IMG/VR virus record: IMGVR_UViG_3300025770_000019
Span: 1 to 62,375 of that record
Direction: 5' to 3' (one strand)
DNA: 62,375 bases
Source: a virus
Taxonomy: Duplodnaviria > Caudoviricetes
Part shown: positions 1 through 8,565 of the stretch, one piece after another
How positions within the stretch are numbered: position 1 is the first letter of the stretch
Layout of the letters: every line of letters begins with the position of its first letter
Made by a program: the position numbers and the translations under genes
The notes under the pieces: generated by a model
What the model was told of the DNA's origin: nothing
What the model saw: the letters and a program-made list of their open reading frames with translations, nothing else
Databases searched by the model: none

Positions 1-157
1 GTACGAGCGAGATATGTTTTCTGGACAAAATGCCCCGACATATGAGTGCCGCGCACCCAGAGTAACAACCCAACCCACCACCAAAAAGGAACGACAATGA
101 CAAAGCCAAAGTACAACAAGACACAAGTGAACTTCATCATCTCAAAACTGCGCGAGG
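1..157. repeat. Terminal direct repeat, left copy (probably circular assembly overlap)
   Basis: 1-157 equals 62219-62375 except T31 vs C62249. Confidence 0.95.
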
Positions 158-399
158 CGATCCCGTATTGCCGTCGTGTCGACCAGCGTCAGCCAACCAA
201 AGCAGAGCAGTCTGTGTTGGATCGTGCCGAGGCGATCAGAGTTAAGATCGGTAAGTCTTTGGACGCCGAGTATGCGGCTAGGAACGAGCGTATAGCCAAG
301 CAGCGGGAGTACATTGACGGTGTGGAAGTATCGTTGATGCTCGCTGATGTTGAGTTCGACCTGCCCAAAGCACTCAAGGCGCTGCGAGCAATTAAGTAA
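97..399 (+). CDS. Hypothetical early protein (100 aa)
   Basis: AAGGA SD before ATG 97; ORF-track frame 46..399. Confidence 0.75.
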   Translation: MTKPKYNKTQVNFIISKLREAIPYCRRVDQRQPTKAEQSVLDRAEAIRVKIGKSLDAEYAARNERIAKQREYIDGVEVSLMLADVEFDLPKALKALRAIK

Positions 400-426
400 C
401 GCGCCGTAAACAGGGAGACTCAACCC

Positions 427-654
427 ATGAGTAACGACACATTGCGCCTTACTATCATCGAGGCGGCGGGTGACACGTTCGAGGTCAAAGCGAGCAACCC
501 AGAGGACACAGAGCAACCTGCTATTACACTCGCGTATCTCGATGACGAGGACAGTGCGCGTACATGGTGCGTCACGATGCAGTCGAACGTCCGTGCAGGC
601 GCGACGCCGTTGCAGGCATTACGTCGTACGAGTAGGTTTAGATCACAGCAATAG
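427..654 (+). CDS. Hypothetical early protein
   Basis: GGGAG SD, ATG, tightly packed with neighbours. Confidence 0.7.
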   Translation: MSNDTLRLTIIEAAGDTFEVKASNPEDTEQPAITLAYLDDEDSARTWCVTMQSNVRAGATPLQALRRTSRFRSQQ

Positions 655-696
655 CAGCACCATAATCACGCTATCTATTCAAATAAGGAGAACGAC

Positions 697-834
697 ATGA
701 ACGATTTTTGCGAGGAATGTGGCAAGACTCTGCAACTAAACCAACTAAGTGCTGAGGGCTACAGATGCGCCGAGTGTGACCCAACTTGCATTGCAGAAGA
801 AGGTCGTGCGCAGGAGGAGAACGAAGATGAGTAG
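697..834 (+). CDS. Small Zn-ribbon-like protein (45 aa; not in ORF track)
   Basis: TAAGGAG SD; MNDFCEECGK...YRCAECDP, two CxxC motifs; fills the gap between genes. Confidence 0.75.
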   Translation: MNDFCEECGKTLQLNQLSAEGYRCAECDPTCIAEEGRAQEENEDE

Positions 835-1003
835 CAAGGTCAAAGCGATACAAGGACTGGCAACGATAAACGTGTGTGTATTTGAAGATGTAAATGGGAG
901 TTTGACATTCACACTCAACAACACCTACTCAGTGTCTGATTCTGCACAGTTGTGGAGCGCTATGGAGCTGCTAACCAAAAAGAAAAAGGAGAACGAGATA
1001 TGA
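827..1003 (+). CDS. Hypothetical protein (58 aa)
   Basis: GGAGGAG SD before ATG 827; overlaps the upstream stop and the downstream start. Confidence 0.65.
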   Translation: MSSKVKAIQGLATINVCVFEDVNGSLTFTLNNTYSVSDSAQLWSAMELLTKKKKENEI

Positions 1004-1482
1004 ATTGGTTTTGGACGTTATTAGACAGATCACTAGACAATCAACGCGAGAACCGCGACCTGTACAAAATAGCAGTGAGCGCCGTCGTGGGATTTTTTAC
1101 GGTGTCAGTGTCAGTCGGAGGGATGGCAATACTATTCCATTATGGGTGGGTCAAAGAGTTCCTTACGGTATCGGCAGTTGCAGTTATAACACTACTCATA
1201 GGTGCGATTGTGTATATACCAGTGAGTGAACAACGGGAAGCCAAGCTGAAGAAAGCGCAAGCAGTGCGTGACAAGTTAGCGCCCACGAATGACGACCCGT
1301 TGGATTGGGTATCTTCTCAGACGACAGCAACCCCAACCCCAACCCCAACCCCCGAGGTGTTCGGAGACGACGACGATAGCTGGCTCGATTGCATGGTTAG
1401 CGAACTTGGCTACAACCGATCCAGCGAACACCATGAAACTTTGGAGGTAAGTGATGTACCACTGGAATCACCGAGTAGTTAA
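1000..1482 (+). CDS. Membrane protein with two predicted TM segments and an acidic, Pro/Thr-rich tail
   Basis: AAGGAG SD, ATGA overlap; hydrophobic runs IAVSAVVGFFTVSVSVGGMAILF and FLTVSAVAVITLLIGAIVYI. Confidence 0.75.
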   Translation: MNWFWTLLDRSLDNQRENRDLYKIAVSAVVGFFTVSVSVGGMAILFHYGWVKEFLTVSAVAVITLLIGAIVYIPVSEQREAKLKKAQAVRDKLAPTNDDPLDWVSSQTTATPTPTPTPEVFGDDDDSWLDCMVSELGYNRSSEHHETLEVSDVPLESPSS

Positions 1483-1699
1483 GCACCCCGACGGCACACT
1501 CGCTATACATGAGGTGCACTATGACGATGGCATTGACTCAGGCACCAACGAGCCAATAGTCGTGGGCATGAACGCCGATCCACACGTAGCAGCGGAAGGT
1601 ACTATCAGCGAGCTGCGCATGACACTGGACAGGATGCAAGCGTGCCTCGACAAACCGATCATACCCTATGACATATTCAGGGGGGGCAACGATGGGTAA
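1454..1699 (+). CDS. Hypothetical phage protein (WNHRV-type N-terminus)
   Basis: GGAGGT SD; WNHRVV...IHEVHYD pattern common in small phage proteins. Confidence 0.75.
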   Translation: MYHWNHRVVKHPDGTLAIHEVHYDDGIDSGTNEPIVVGMNADPHVAAEGTISELRMTLDRMQACLDKPIIPYDIFRGGNDG

Positions 1700-2051
1700 C
1701 AGGAAGAAGGGGACGGTAACTACTACGCGTGGTGTTGAGTACACGTACTGGTACGACGAATACCCAAACAAGGAGCCACAACACTCACGCCGCCAGCCCA
1801 TAGCCGAAGCGTGGCGTCGTAAGCACAACAGAGACCGTGTACCCAACGACCCCACTATATATGTGTTCGACCGTGGGTATCGAGTACCACAGATATTTCT
1901 AGCATACAGCCCCGACATGGTGGTGGTGGAGCTTAAGTTGTACGAGCTGCACCGAACGCAAGAGAACTACCCCAAAATTCAGTGGCTTCGTAAGAAGCGC
2001 ACCGAGGACAGAGTAAAAGCTAGACTTACTCAAACACTACCCAACCAGTAA
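1692..2051 (+). CDS. Hypothetical basic protein
   Basis: GGGGG SD, ATG 1692, overlaps upstream gene. Confidence 0.65.
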   Translation: MGNRKKGTVTTTRGVEYTYWYDEYPNKEPQHSRRQPIAEAWRRKHNRDRVPNDPTIYVFDRGYRVPQIFLAYSPDMVVVELKLYELHRTQENYPKIQWLRKKRTEDRVKARLTQTLPNQ

Positions 2052-2061
2052 GGAGAACCAC

Positions 2062-2931
2062 ATGTCAATACAAATAAACGACGGATACGAGTTCAAGGCA
2101 GTCAAGCCACTACATGAGCGCGTTATGTTGGTTAAGAAGTCGACCAAACGACAGCGACAATCCATGCCGGACAAACAGGCGCGTGAACAACTGGCGCGTG
2201 ACACAGGCACCGACGCCGCGACGTGGAATGTGTCGAAGAAAATGTTCACGCGGTCTAAGTTATTCAAGGCTGCGAACACTGCGCTTAACACGTTCGACAA
2301 GTACGTTACTGATCACACGTCTGCCAGCTTAGACGACGGCTTTCGTACACTACCTAGCGTGGACTACATACCGTTTACGCAAGCAGTCAAACCGTTGATT
2401 CAGGACGTAGACGATGCGGCAGCTAACTTCAGTGCTGCGTACGAGAGCGAGGTGATTAACGATATGCGCTGGAACACGCAGTTCAGTCGAGCGGATTACC
2501 CAGCGTTCCCCCCAGAGATAAGCGCCAGCCTTAGCTTCCGGCCTATTGCGTCGAGCGACGTGTTTTACGACACCGTGGACGACGTAGCACGTGCTGCGTA
2601 TGAAGACCACCTTGACCAAGTGGAAGAAGCCGGTAAGCAGGAAGTTATCAGGCGGGTACTCAAGCCACTGGAGCAGACTGTCGCTAGACTGGAGACATAC
2701 ACCGGCGACAAAGGGCAGCGGTGGCACCAAGACGTAGTGGAGAACGCGTACGAAATGCTGGACACGTTGGAGAGTCTGGTCACGGATGGGGACTCTACTA
2801 TCATGCAGCTCCTCGCTGACGTGCGTACCACGTTGCAGCCCTACTGCGACAACGACAAGCTGCGTGACTCTCAACTGGCACGTGACAATGCCAAGCAGGA
2901 CATGGAGAGCATCCTGAGTAAGTTCCAGTGA
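2062..2931 (+). CDS. DUF3150-like protein
   Basis: TAAGGAG SD; DDGFRTLP and ADYP motifs; helical; lies upstream of an AAA/vWA pair as this family usually does. Confidence 0.6.
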   Translation: MSIQINDGYEFKAVKPLHERVMLVKKSTKRQRQSMPDKQAREQLARDTGTDAATWNVSKKMFTRSKLFKAANTALNTFDKYVTDHTSASLDDGFRTLPSVDYIPFTQAVKPLIQDVDDAAANFSAAYESEVINDMRWNTQFSRADYPAFPPEISASLSFRPIASSDVFYDTVDDVARAAYEDHLDQVEEAGKQEVIRRVLKPLEQTVARLETYTGDKGQRWHQDVVENAYEMLDTLESLVTDGDSTIMQLLADVRTTLQPYCDNDKLRDSQLARDNAKQDMESILSKFQ

Positions 2932-3227
2932 TTAGGCGCAAGGTGGGTAAGTTTCACCACCCCGACCTGAAAAGCGTAGGGTGGATAAGCGAGTCTCCCG
3001 ATGTGATGTTCGACGACAACGACACACTGCACGCCATGTCGCTCACGCTCTCCGGTCGAGTGCATGAGGCGAGTGACGACATGATTGATAAGGCACTGAT
3101 TCGCTTACACGTCGAACACGTCAAGGCTAAGCTGCGAGGGCAGACCGAAACCAGTGCGCTAGTCCAACGGTTAGAGGGGGACTTGCTTGCTGAAAGAGCG
3201 CGACGCGGCTGCAAGTTTGAGTCGTGA
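2928..3227 (+). CDS. Hypothetical protein
   Basis: GTGA overlaps at both ends. Confidence 0.6.
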   Translation: MIRRKVGKFHHPDLKSVGWISESPDVMFDDNDTLHAMSLTLSGRVHEASDDMIDKALIRLHVEHVKAKLRGQTETSALVQRLEGDLLAERARRGCKFES

Positions 3228-3526
3228 GTATGGTTCCCGATCCCGCCGACATTGATAAGCAGATGGCAATCGTTATCGGGGAGTTCGAGAAGGGCACGCA
3301 GCAGACGTTGCGCACACCAACCATCGAACGGACTTACCACAGAATCAAGGCGGCTATGGTCAGAGATAAGCTGGCGGGTAAGACCACAAGTTTAATGGTT
3401 ATGGATTTTTACAACAAACTCAAAGCCGAGTTGGTGAAACGCACGTTAGCCAAGGTCAAAGCCGAGTTGGTGAAACGCACGTTAGCCAAGGGCAGCAGCT
3501 TAACTATGAGGCGATCCGAATCATGA
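3224..3526 (+). CDS. Hypothetical protein with a 12-aa internal duplication
   Basis: Coupled overlaps; KAELVKRTLAK occurs twice. Confidence 0.6.
   Translation: MSMVPDPADIDKQMAIVIGEFEKGTQQTLRTPTIERTYHRIKAAMVRDKLAGKTTSLMVMDFYNKLKAELVKRTLAKVKAELVKRTLAKGSSLTMRRSES
3420..3491. repeat. Perfect 36-bp tandem duplication
   Basis: TCAAAGCCGAGTTGGTGAAACGCACGTTAGCCAAGG at 3420-3455 and 3456-3491. Confidence 0.95.
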
Positions 3527-3756
3527 ACGATGCAAAAGAGTGGCAGGAGCAAGGACTGGAGTTGCGATGGGTGCGCAGCCGCGCGCCGCAGCAACCGACC
3601 GACGTGCTGTTGCAGTTACACGGGGACAAGACGACGCAGTTAGTCAAAGCACGTCTCACAGGTAAGCCAGTAAAGACACTTGAGTCGATAGTGGATGCGC
3701 TGGACAGAGAACTAACCAACCGTGGCATGAGCCACACAACCAAAAAAGAGGAATAA
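3523..3756 (+). CDS. Hypothetical protein
   Basis: ATGA overlap, GAGG SD. Confidence 0.65.
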   Translation: MNDAKEWQEQGLELRWVRSRAPQQPTDVLLQLHGDKTTQLVKARLTGKPVKTLESIVDALDRELTNRGMSHTTKKEE

Positions 3757-3760
3757 ACAA

Positions 3761-4840
3761 ATGGAATCAACCATCGAGTTAAACTACTCATCCATGAAGA
3801 CCGCGATCATGGCGAACGTCGACGCGATTGACATGACGCCAATCATGATCACCGGTGCGCCGGGGTGTGCTAAGACCTCAGTGTGTTTAGACGTAGCGGA
3901 GTCTTACGGCATCCCGCGTAATGTTGCTGAACGCTGTATCTTTCGTCCGTCGTTGCGTGACCCAGTTGACCTTGCCGGGCTTCCGCATAACGAGCGCGAC
4001 GAAGACGGCGTACTGTATACACATTGGGCGGCTAATTCGTTCATCAAGTACGTCAACGACGTTGCTGCTAAGTACGGCATTGCGTTCTTAATAGTCGACG
4101 AGCTACCGCAAGCCGTGACCATGATGCAGAACGCACTGGCAGGGCTGATGCTTGACCGCTTCGTCGGGTCTAACTTCCTGCACGAGCGGGTGTTCCTACT
4201 ATCAACGGGCAATAGGGTGAAGGACAAGGCGGGTGCTGGTCGCATCGTCAGTCAGTTGGGCAACCGAGTGGAACACTTGCCGATGGCGGTCGACATTGAT
4301 GCGTGGGGTAAGCACATGATTGACACCTACGGATTTGATCGTGTCGGTATGTTCGTAGCGTACGTTCGCTTCGAGCCGGGTGTACTGGAGGACATTAACC
4401 CTGATCGAATGGTCAACGGTACGATGCGCTCATGTACAGCAGCAGCGATGATCAACCCTAAGTTGCCTCGCAACATATACCTAGCTAAGTTAGCAGGGCG
4501 CATACCCGAGGGCAGAGCCATGCAGTTCTTGACGTTTCGTGACCTGTTCGATGAGTTGCCCACAGCTGAGGCCATGCGTAACACACCTAAGACTGCCAAG
4601 TTACCGAACGGTAACAGGGGTGCGCTGTTTGCAGCGGCGTCACTTGCGTTCAAGCGATCCGAGGACGAGGCGTCGTTTAACGCAATGGCGAAGTACGTCG
4701 AGCGTATAGCGACAGAGGCGCTGGAGGCAGACATTGAAGCGTTCTTCTACAAGGACATAATGATACACAAGCAAGCGCTTGCCGAGACTAACGTGTTCAT
4801 TGAGTGGGCAACAGGTCGAGGCGCGGAGGTACTGTTATGA
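3761..4840 (+). CDS. MoxR-like AAA+ ATPase
   Basis: Walker A variant GAPGCAKT, DPVDLAGLP, Walker B LIVDE, TGNR sensor, LGNR arginine finger. Confidence 0.9.
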   Translation: MESTIELNYSSMKTAIMANVDAIDMTPIMITGAPGCAKTSVCLDVAESYGIPRNVAERCIFRPSLRDPVDLAGLPHNERDEDGVLYTHWAANSFIKYVNDVAAKYGIAFLIVDELPQAVTMMQNALAGLMLDRFVGSNFLHERVFLLSTGNRVKDKAGAGRIVSQLGNRVEHLPMAVDIDAWGKHMIDTYGFDRVGMFVAYVRFEPGVLEDINPDRMVNGTMRSCTAAAMINPKLPRNIYLAKLAGRIPEGRAMQFLTFRDLFDELPTAEAMRNTPKTAKLPNGNRGALFAAASLAFKRSEDEASFNAMAKYVERIATEALEADIEAFFYKDIMIHKQALAETNVFIEWATGRGAEVLL

Positions 4841-6108
4841 CATCAGTAACGGTTAAGACAAAAGAAGGGGCGACGATGCGAGTTAAGCTAGTTGACCGCA
4901 GCGACATACCGGCCACGGTTAAGGTGTTCAGCCGAGCAGCAGCAGACATAATGTGCAACCCGAAGACAGGGTTCTACTCTGCGTTACTCATGCAGGTGCC
5001 GGTGCACTGGACTAGAGACATACCGACAGCCGGTGTGGACATTAAGGCGCGCATGTTCATCAACCCTGACTTCATAGATACACTGGAGTCGTTGGGTAAG
5101 GTGGTGTTCTTGATAATCCACGAGCTTGAGCACTTGCTACGGCTCCACCCCCAACGGGAAGCCAACCGCGACCCTGACAGATGGAACAAAGCGTGTGACG
5201 CGCCGATCAATGCCGACCTTGTTAAAGACAGGATAGGATCGTTCATCATGGGCGGTGTGGACATGCCCGAACACGCTGGACATACAGCAGACCATGTGTA
5301 CAACCTACTACCTGCTAAGAAAGAGGAGGAGGATGGAGATGGAGGTGAAGGCGGACAGGGAGGGGACAACCCCGGTGACGACTCCGGGGGCGACGGCGGT
5401 ATAGGTAGGGACGTGTTCAGTAAGGACTTACTGGAAGGCGGCAAAATGACAGCCAGTGATGTGCAAGCAGCGGAGGCCCACGTTAAGGGAGTAATTGCAG
5501 CAGCAGCTCAGACAGCACGAGTGGCTGGCTCCATGTCGGCAGAGATGCAGCGACGTGTTGACGACATACTCGATGTGAAGACACCGTGGTACGAAGTGCT
5601 TGAACGCTTCATGACTGAGGTATCCCAGAATGATTACTCATGGGCGCGACCTAACAGAAGGTTCGCATCACAGGGGATCGTGCTGCCATCACTGCACAGC
5701 GTAGCTGCGTTAGGTACGGCGGTGCTGATACGTGATGTATCGGGTTCAATTAGTGAGGACGAACACAAGGGAATGGTAGGGCATATTAACGCCATCGGTA
5801 CTAGGTGTATGCCTTCTATCATGCACGTGCTCGACGTGTCTACTGAGGTGCATTACAACCACGAGTTTGAGCCTAGTGACTTTCCCATCAGCCCTGAGAT
5901 ACATGGCCGCGGCGGCACTGACTTAACTGTCGGGTTCGACTACATCAATGAGAAGATTGAGGACGTAGCCATATGTGTCGTACTCACCGACGGGCATACA
6001 CCTTGGCCTAACATTCCACAGGACTACCCTGTAATAGTCGTGTGCACAACGGACGTTGACGTCGAGTACGGCGACGAGGTTGTGAGATACGAAAAGGAGA
6101 CTGGATGA
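4837..6108 (+). CDS. Metallopeptidase-vWA protein (DUF2201 type)
   Basis: HELEH zincin motif, WNKACD, acidic Gly linker, YSWARPNRR, MIDAS DVSGS...GGTD...TDG; GGAGGT SD before ATG 4837. Confidence 0.9.
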   Translation: MTSVTVKTKEGATMRVKLVDRSDIPATVKVFSRAAADIMCNPKTGFYSALLMQVPVHWTRDIPTAGVDIKARMFINPDFIDTLESLGKVVFLIIHELEHLLRLHPQREANRDPDRWNKACDAPINADLVKDRIGSFIMGGVDMPEHAGHTADHVYNLLPAKKEEEDGDGGEGGQGGDNPGDDSGGDGGIGRDVFSKDLLEGGKMTASDVQAAEAHVKGVIAAAAQTARVAGSMSAEMQRRVDDILDVKTPWYEVLERFMTEVSQNDYSWARPNRRFASQGIVLPSLHSVAALGTAVLIRDVSGSISEDEHKGMVGHINAIGTRCMPSIMHVLDVSTEVHYNHEFEPSDFPISPEIHGRGGTDLTVGFDYINEKIEDVAICVVLTDGHTPWPNIPQDYPVIVVCTTDVDVEYGDEVVRYEKETG

Positions 6109-6524
6109 TGCCAAGCAGTATTAGGGACGATGAGGAAGTGTACCCTACTATCATCAGGCGGTTCGTTAGAGGCAGCTACACCGTCACGTTAGTATGCGAA
6201 GAAGCTGTGCAGCGTAGGGGGGTTCGCAGAGCGTTCAACCTACGCTGTGATGTGCGGTACAAAGATGCGGACGTCGGTACATACTTCGGCCCCTCGATTG
6301 AGGAAGCTGTTACGCGGGGTGACCTATCGTTCGACCGCACGTTGGGGTCGATCCACGACTACCTGAAGAAGCGCTTCGGGTGTGCAGTAGTGGGCGGTGC
6401 GGTGCGTAACGCTCGCACCAACATAAAACGTGCGGTTAAAGAGAGACTAAAAGGCCGAGTACTTGAGCCTGATTGGGATAGCGAAGGGAAACGATACTTA
6501 ATGAATAGCGATGGGAGACTTTGA
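6105..6524 (+). CDS. Hypothetical protein
   Basis: AAGGAG SD, ATGA overlap. Confidence 0.7.
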   Translation: MMPSSIRDDEEVYPTIIRRFVRGSYTVTLVCEEAVQRRGVRRAFNLRCDVRYKDADVGTYFGPSIEEAVTRGDLSFDRTLGSIHDYLKKRFGCAVVGGAVRNARTNIKRAVKERLKGRVLEPDWDSEGKRYLMNSDGRL

Positions 6525-6703
6525 TGGACGAGCTGGATTTAATACTGGATTACTATGTGATCTACCGTAAAGAGGACAACCAACACCTCGTAAACAACTA
6601 TGCAGACTTTCGCAAAGCACTGCGGAAACTAATGCAGGAGGACTGTGATGCACCACAAGCGACGACGACCGAAGAACCGAAGGGCGGGGTGCTTACTCTG
6701 TAA
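6524..6703 (+). CDS. Hypothetical protein
   Basis: GGGAG SD, TGATG overlap. Confidence 0.55.
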   Translation: MDELDLILDYYVIYRKEDNQHLVNNYADFRKALRKLMQEDCDAPQATTTEEPKGGVLTL

Positions 6704-6779
6704 GCCACATAAGGCTAACGGGTGTAAGCACATTGAGAAGCACAGCGTAAGAAAACGTATGGAGCAGGATAATGGGTGA
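6648..6779 (+). CDS. Small Arg/Lys-rich Cys/His peptide (43 aa; not in ORF track)
   Basis: GGAGG SD; MHHKRRRPKNRRAGCLLCKPHKANGCKH...; stop overlaps next start region. Confidence 0.7.
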   Translation: MHHKRRRPKNRRAGCLLCKPHKANGCKHIEKHSVRKRMEQDNG

Positions 6780-6996
6780 TGTAGACCGATATGATAACAA
6801 CCCCGACAACGACGAAGACCCTATGGGCCGATCCGAGTATGGGGAGTGGGTTATGTATGACGATTACCAATCCCTACAGCAGCAGCTAGAGGCGGCAGAG
6901 AAAGAGAATCGAGACATGCGCCGGATTGCTGACTTGAATGATTACACGCAGATTCAGTACAACTATCCACCACTATCAGGGGAGCAGGATGGTTGA
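6772..6996 (+). CDS. Hypothetical protein
   Basis: GGAG/AGGA SD; GEWVMYDDY followed by a coiled coil. Confidence 0.7.
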   Translation: MGDVDRYDNNPDNDEDPMGRSEYGEWVMYDDYQSLQQQLEAAEKENRDMRRIADLNDYTQIQYNYPPLSGEQDG

Positions 6997-7141
6997 AGTC
7001 GTATTGTATTTCTTTTTAAGTTGTGGGCCGGTGAAGTTTGCATCGTTCGACAGCATGGAGGCGTGCGTAGCAGCACGCGATCAAATCACAGAGTTCGACG
7101 GACTCTGTTTAACTATAGAGCAAGGGGTAACACATGACTGA
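6989..7141 (+). CDS. Small hypothetical protein (50 aa)
   Basis: GGGGAG SD before ATG 6989; FDSMEACVAA pattern. Confidence 0.6.
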   Translation: MVEVVLYFFLSCGPVKFASFDSMEACVAARDQITEFDGLCLTIEQGVTHD

Positions 7142-7532
7142 ACTAGTAACCATAAGTGAGGCACAGGCTAAACGTCTGGAGTCTATAGGCGTTCCGGTAC
7201 AGCTGACGTATGCCGTAGATAAGAAAATCATCGACGCGATTGAAGCTGTAGCGGGTCACGCAACACCGAAACGGGCTAAGAAAAAGCAAGGGCGGCACTC
7301 AATGGAGTTTAAGCGCACCGGCAAAAAGCCTAGATTCAACAAAGGGTCTGCGCGGGACAGAGCAATTAAAGTGCTGAACGTAATAATGCCTACTGGCGAC
7401 GTACTAACCAGAGATGATATTCAAGTGGAATTCATTAAACGTGGAGTATGCGACAGGGCGTACGCAGCAGGCGTTATCAGCGAGCTGGTGCAAGCCGGTG
7501 ATTTGAAAGTCACTAGATACAAGGGCGATTAG
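7134..7532 (+). CDS. Basic, possibly DNA-binding (winged-helix-like) protein
   Basis: AAGGGG SD; Lys/Arg-rich centre and helical C-terminal domain. Confidence 0.6.
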   Translation: MTELVTISEAQAKRLESIGVPVQLTYAVDKKIIDAIEAVAGHATPKRAKKKQGRHSMEFKRTGKKPRFNKGSARDRAIKVLNVIMPTGDVLTRDDIQVEFIKRGVCDRAYAAGVISELVQAGDLKVTRYKGD

Positions 7533-7569
7533 TCGTCTATAAACCCAAGTCCATTAAAGGAGATACACA

Positions 7570-8283
7570 ATGGCAACAGTAAGAGTAACAAACGAGTTGC
7601 GGGACAAAATTAAAAACCTCGCAGTAAAAGCGTTCGACCTAGCGAAGCCAGTGCCAGTGCTTGACCAGCCTGACGTTGTTAGGTTGTGCACCGCCGTAAC
7701 CACCAGTAAGACGGGGCAGGAGATGAACACGATTGCTTCCATGCTGGAGGCTATCTGCGCACGCGGGGGGGCCGTGGGGGGCCAAGCCGAAATGAAGTTC
7801 TTCGGCCTCGATTCGGTGCGCCTCAAGCAGGAAACGCTTGACCACATCAGCGTGTACTTCAAGCGAAAAGGTGATACTAAAGGCCAGCATGTAAACCTTG
7901 AAGTTCCGACGGTGTTCATGGTTGCGGAAGGTAGATGGGGCGGCGGAAGTTCTGATATACATACTGCCATGCTGGACGAGGATGACCACGCCTACTTCGA
8001 CCTCGCGTTTAACAAACTGGCGGACAAGCTAGAAGCGCGAAGTGATGAGTTTAATGCCTACAAGAGCCAAATCGCGCGGTTACTTGACGGGTGCAACACG
8101 TACAAGCAACTGCTTGAAGCGTGGCCTCAAGTCACTGCGTTCACTCCGCAGGAAATACTCGACAGGCACAACGAGAAAGCAGAGAAGCGTAGCCGAGGTA
8201 AGCTGGTGCGGGATGAGATTGAGTTCGACACCGACACCATGAATCAGGTAGCGGTGAAAGCGAAGCTCACTGGCAAGCTGTAA
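7570..8283 (+). CDS. Nmad5-like protein
   Basis: AAGGAG SD; N-terminal VRVTNELRDKI and C-terminal LLDGCNTYKQLLEAWP resemble Nmad5 proteins. Confidence 0.55.
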   Translation: MATVRVTNELRDKIKNLAVKAFDLAKPVPVLDQPDVVRLCTAVTTSKTGQEMNTIASMLEAICARGGAVGGQAEMKFFGLDSVRLKQETLDHISVYFKRKGDTKGQHVNLEVPTVFMVAEGRWGGGSSDIHTAMLDEDDHAYFDLAFNKLADKLEARSDEFNAYKSQIARLLDGCNTYKQLLEAWPQVTAFTPQEILDRHNEKAEKRSRGKLVRDEIEFDTDTMNQVAVKAKLTGKL

Positions 8284-8301
8284 GATTTACTATCATGGGT
8301 T

Positions 8302-8319
8302 GCCCCCCTCTCGGGGGGC
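8302..8319 (+). terminator. GC-rich hairpin ending the early gene block
   Basis: GCCCCCC-TCTC-GGGGGGC; no U tract. Confidence 0.45.
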
Positions 8320-8360
8320 TGCGCAAGGGGAACAAGCGCACGCGAAATATAGCACACTGC

Positions 8361-8388
8361 TTGCGGTTGTCACACCACATGATATATT
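8361..8388 (+). promoter_or_regulatory. Sigma70-type promoter with extended -10
   Basis: TTGCGG-16 nt-TATATT with TGn immediately upstream of the -10. Confidence 0.55.
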
Positions 8389-8394
8389 GGTTAC

Positions 8395-8510
8395 TCGGAT
8401 AAGCGGTGAGTGCCGTTAAAACCGCCGCAGTTGAAGGACGTGGTTTTTTGTTGGTGAACCTCCTTTTCCCACGTCTGATTCAACCGTCTAGCTCACGCTA
8501 CGAGCTATAA
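8395..8510 (+). ncRNA. Candidate three-hairpin small RNA or structured leader with an anti-SD loop
   Basis: Stems 8403-07/8421-25, 8430-43/8469-84, 8489-94/8502-07; loop contains ACCTCCTTTT. Confidence 0.45.
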
Positions 8511-8565
8511 CACCTGCACGTAATGTGGTTTGGTGCGGTTAACTATGCAACTAAGGGGAACAATC

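Noticed and set aside
1328-1353. (CCCCAA)n tract as a regulatory or telomere-like repeat
   Set aside because: In-frame hexamer repeat encoding a Thr-Pro linker
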